DNA of 64,000 nucleotides from an uncultured Francisellaceae bacterium (GTDB lineage Bacteria; Pseudomonadota; Gammaproteobacteria; Francisellales; CACEW01): NCBI GenBank assembly GCA_905612315.1, contig CAJQSL010000019.1, positions 1,198 to 65,197 of the forward strand, read 5' to 3'. Shown piece by piece: positions 61,603 to 64,000 of this stretch (position 1 is its first letter; each line of letters starts with the position of its first letter). The notes under the pieces were generated by a model. It saw only the letters and a program-made list of their open reading frames with translations, ran no database searches and was not told where the DNA came from. The position numbers and the translations under genes were made by a program.

Positions 61603-63021
61603 ATGGCTAAAGATGATGTAAAAAAAGTTTTATCACTTATTAAAGAACACGAAATCCGTTATGTTGATTTAAGATTTACGGATACTCATGGAAAAGAGCA
61701 ACATGTTACAATTCCATCATCACAAATAAACGATGATTTCTTTAAAGAAGGAACAATGTTTGATGGATCCTCAATTCAAGGCTGGCAGAAAATTGATAAT
61801 TCTGACATGGTCTTGATGCCGGACCCTTCAGCTGTTTACATTGACCCATTCCATGATATTCCAACTTTGAATATCTTCTGTGATGTTTTAGACCCAATAA
61901 CTATGTCTGGCTACATAAAAGACCCAAGATCTGTTGCAGAACGTGCTGAAGCATATTTAAAATCCACAGGAATTGGCGATACCGTATATTTTGGACCCGA
62001 GCCTGAGTTTTTTGTGTTTGATGATGTGCGATTTTGGCAAGATATGTCAGGCGGTGGTTACCATATTAACTCAGAAGAAGCGGCCTGGAATAGTGGCGCT
62101 GAGATACCTGGCGGCAATATGGGGCACCGCCCGGCAGTTAAAGGCGGTTATTTCCCTGTACCTCCAGTTGATAGCTCTCATGAGATACGCGCCCATATGT
62201 GCGAAGTTGCAACTGAGATTGGTTTAGAAATTGAAGTACATCATCATGAAGTTGGAACCGCAAGTCAAAATGAAATTGGCTTTAAGTTTAATACTCTTAC
62301 TAAAAAAGCTGATGAACTCCAAATGATGAAATACGTAATTCACAATGTTGCGCATAATTTTGGAAAAACCGCAACCTTCATGCCAAAACCTCTTGTTGGC
62401 GATAATGGTTCAGGTTTGCATTGTCACCAGTCTATATCTAAAGGCAAGAAAAACGTTTTCGCAGGTGATGGTTATGCTGGCTTATCACAAGAAGCCTTAC
62501 ATTATATCGGCGGTATTATAAAACATGCTAAAGCTATAAATGCTTTTGCTAATGCTAGTACTAATAGCTATAAAAGGTTAGTACCAGGGTTTGAAGCACC
62601 AGTATTACTTGCATATTCTGCAAGAAACAGATCAGCATCAATTAGAATCCCCTTCACTCATAGCCCTAAGGGTAAGCGTATTGAAGTTAGATTCCCTGAT
62701 GCATCTGGTAACCCTTATTTAATGTTCTCAGCTATGCTTATGGCAGGCTTAGATGGCATCATTAATCAGATCGACCCAGGTGATGCTATGGACAAAGACT
62801 TATACGATCTTCCACCTGAGGAGCTTAAAGATATCCCTACAGTTGCAGGCTCACTAGAAGAAGCCCTTAATGAGCTTGATAAAGATCGAGAGTTTTTATT
62901 AATGGGCGATGTTTTCTCTAATGAGATGATTGATGATTATCTTGTGCTTAAAAGAGCTGAAGTTGAAAGACTTAATAGCACCACGCATCCGGTTGAGTTT
63001 TTGATGTATTACAGTAGATAA
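61603..63021 (+). CDS. glnA: Glutamine synthetase type I
   Basis: [26 protein letters not shown], adenylylation site DLYDLPP. Confidence 0.99.
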   Translation: MAKDDVKKVLSLIKEHEIRYVDLRFTDTHGKEQHVTIPSSQINDDFFKEGTMFDGSSIQGWQKIDNSDMVLMPDPSAVYIDPFHDIPTLNIFCDVLDPITMSGYIKDPRSVAERAEAYLKSTGIGDTVYFGPEPEFFVFDDVRFWQDMSGGGYHINSEEAAWNSGAEIPGGNMGHRPAVKGGYFPVPPVDSSHEIRAHMCEVATEIGLEIEVHHHEVGTASQNEIGFKFNTLTKKADELQMMKYVIHNVAHNFGKTATFMPKPLVGDNGSGLHCHQSISKGKKNVFAGDGYAGLSQEALHYIGGIIKHAKAINAFANASTNSYKRLVPGFEAPVLLAYSARNRSASIRIPFTHSPKGKRIEVRFPDASGNPYLMFSAMLMAGLDGIINQIDPGDAMDKDLYDLPPEELKDIPTVAGSLEEALNELDKDREFLLMGDVFSNEMIDDYLVLKRAEVERLNSTTHPVEFLMYYSR

Positions 63022-63037
63022 AAAATGCTTTTTATCA

Positions 63038-63063
63038 TAGTCTTTGCGATTTCGTAAAGACTA
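63038..63063. terminator. Hairpin after glnA
   Basis: TAGTCTTTGCGA-TT-TCGTAAAGACTA; no strong T tract. Confidence 0.45.
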
Positions 63064-63078
63064 AATCTAAAAATTCAT

Positions 63079-63185
63079 CTAGAATATAAAACACAAGCAC
63101 AAACAAAAACGGCTTTATGAGCAAGCCAAATTTAGAATCTAGTTATTTTATTTTGGTGTTTTTGGCTTGTATATACATAAAACCA
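63079..63185. repeat. Highly degenerate copy D of the structured element
   Basis: Same-order motifs CTAGAATATAAAACAC, GCTTTATGAGCAAG, TTGTATATACATA versus copy B/C CTAGAATAAAAAAA, GCTTTTGAGCAAG, TTGTTAATACATA. Confidence 0.45.
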
Positions 63186-63440
63186 CCCTCCTACTCCTAT
63201 GCGGAGTTCGAGGGTGGTGGTTAGTTTTAGGGCTCTGTTGATTCTGTGCGGTCGACGCTCGGCTTTGAGGTGCCACGGCGGTGCGCGCTATGGCACCGAG
63301 CACACCTGGCAACGTGCGCGGTGGGGTACCGCGTCCCGATGCGGCGTGCTCGGTATTTGTCATGCACCGCCGGGGTCAAATGTCAGGTATCACTCACACC
63401 TTAGAATCCTACGTGTGGCCGCGGTCTTAGTCCGCTCGGG

Positions 63441-64000
63441 TCATTCCAACCCCGACAATGTCCCCACTATAGCACCCAGCACTGCCGTGGGGCCGCTGAT
63501 GGCGCGCCACCCCCAGCTGGACACCCCAGTGGTTGTGCGCTCAACCGGCCCGGCTTCTGGCCCCTCGAGGCACCCGCGGCCACCCGCTGGCTCCATGGCC
63601 TGCAACTGCTGCAGCGTCGAATGAAACAAGGTCTTGCGCTGGGCATCACCCACATGTGCACCGCCTTCAATAATCAAGTCATTCGCAGCCTTCGCGGCGT
63701 CACCTATGTTGTATTCGAGCCTCGAAAGCTCATTGGCCAGTGTTTGACTTATCGCTTTCATTACCGCTTCTTCTAACTCGGCTGCCTGCACCACCGCTCC
63801 ATCGCTCCGGGCCGCCAGCTTCCGAAACTCACCCTTCACCGCATCTAGCAAGGTTGGTTGCATCCTGGTGTAAATATCTTGCGGTACGCTGTAGTAAGGC
63901 ACACTATCCGAGTCGGGGCACGCCGTAGCGCCCTTAATCTGGCTCGCTCCCTGCGACACCACATCTCTGGCGACCTGCAGGTCGGCCAGGCTACTTTGTA
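63441..64000 (-). CDS. GC-rich orphan, 5' part outside the window; hydrophobic C-terminus
   Basis: Frame stays open past the track start at 63962 to the window edge (QSSLADLQVARDVVSQG...); ends WGWRAISGPTAVLGAIVGTLSGLE. Confidence 0.75.
   Translation of the reverse strand, partial: QSSLADLQVARDVVSQGASQIKGATACPDSDSVPYYSVPQDIYTRMQPTLLDAVKGEFRKLAARSDGAVVQAAELEEAVMKAISQTLANELSRLEYNIGDAAKAANDLIIEGGAHVGDAQRKTLFHSTLQQLQAMEPAGGRGCLEGPEAGPVERTTTGVSSWGWRAISGPTAVLGAIVGTLSGLE

Noticed and set aside
63148-63928. ORFs 63148-63363, 63199-63624, 63467-63670, 63740-63928
   Set aside because: They overlap the structured trailer or the main minus-strand ORF and look like GC-driven spurious frames.

Overview
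An AT-rich gammaproteobacterial chromosome segment, mostly core genes: hisS-yfgM-bamB-der, prfA-prmC, tig-clpP-clpX-lon-hupB-ppiD-lpxL, rpsB-tsf-frr-uppS-cdsA-holB-gmk-rpoZ-spoT-rpoS, rng-yhdP-nitrilase-tldD-pyrE, prs-rplY-pth-ychF-bfr, hemB, pyrC, apaG, dprA-smg-topA, glnA and five tRNAs. Several signs suggest a host-associated, Legionellales/Coxiella-like lifestyle (inference): orphan effector-like genes (a CaaX-ended protein, a eukaryote-like kinase, a large acidic protein), PmrA-type tandem boxes upstream of three orphans, and ispG, dxr and ispE missing from their usual positions. The most striking signal is a dispersed module seen four times on the minus strand (about 25.8-27.0, 53.8-54.4, 54.5-55.6 and 63.1->64.0 kb). 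Each has an unrelated orphan ORF, three of them strongly GC-rich with a structured GC-rich trailer. Each is followed by a shared ~100-nt structured element, preceded on the plus strand by an extended -10-like promoter facing the ORF. Two copies of the element are near-identical with a compensatory base-pair change and two are degenerate. The window also holds REP/RPE-like palindromes, a 117-bp TATA-ended MITE in two copies, a truncated DUF4160 gene and many short in-frame tandem duplications. All calls come from reading the sequence by eye; no searches were run.
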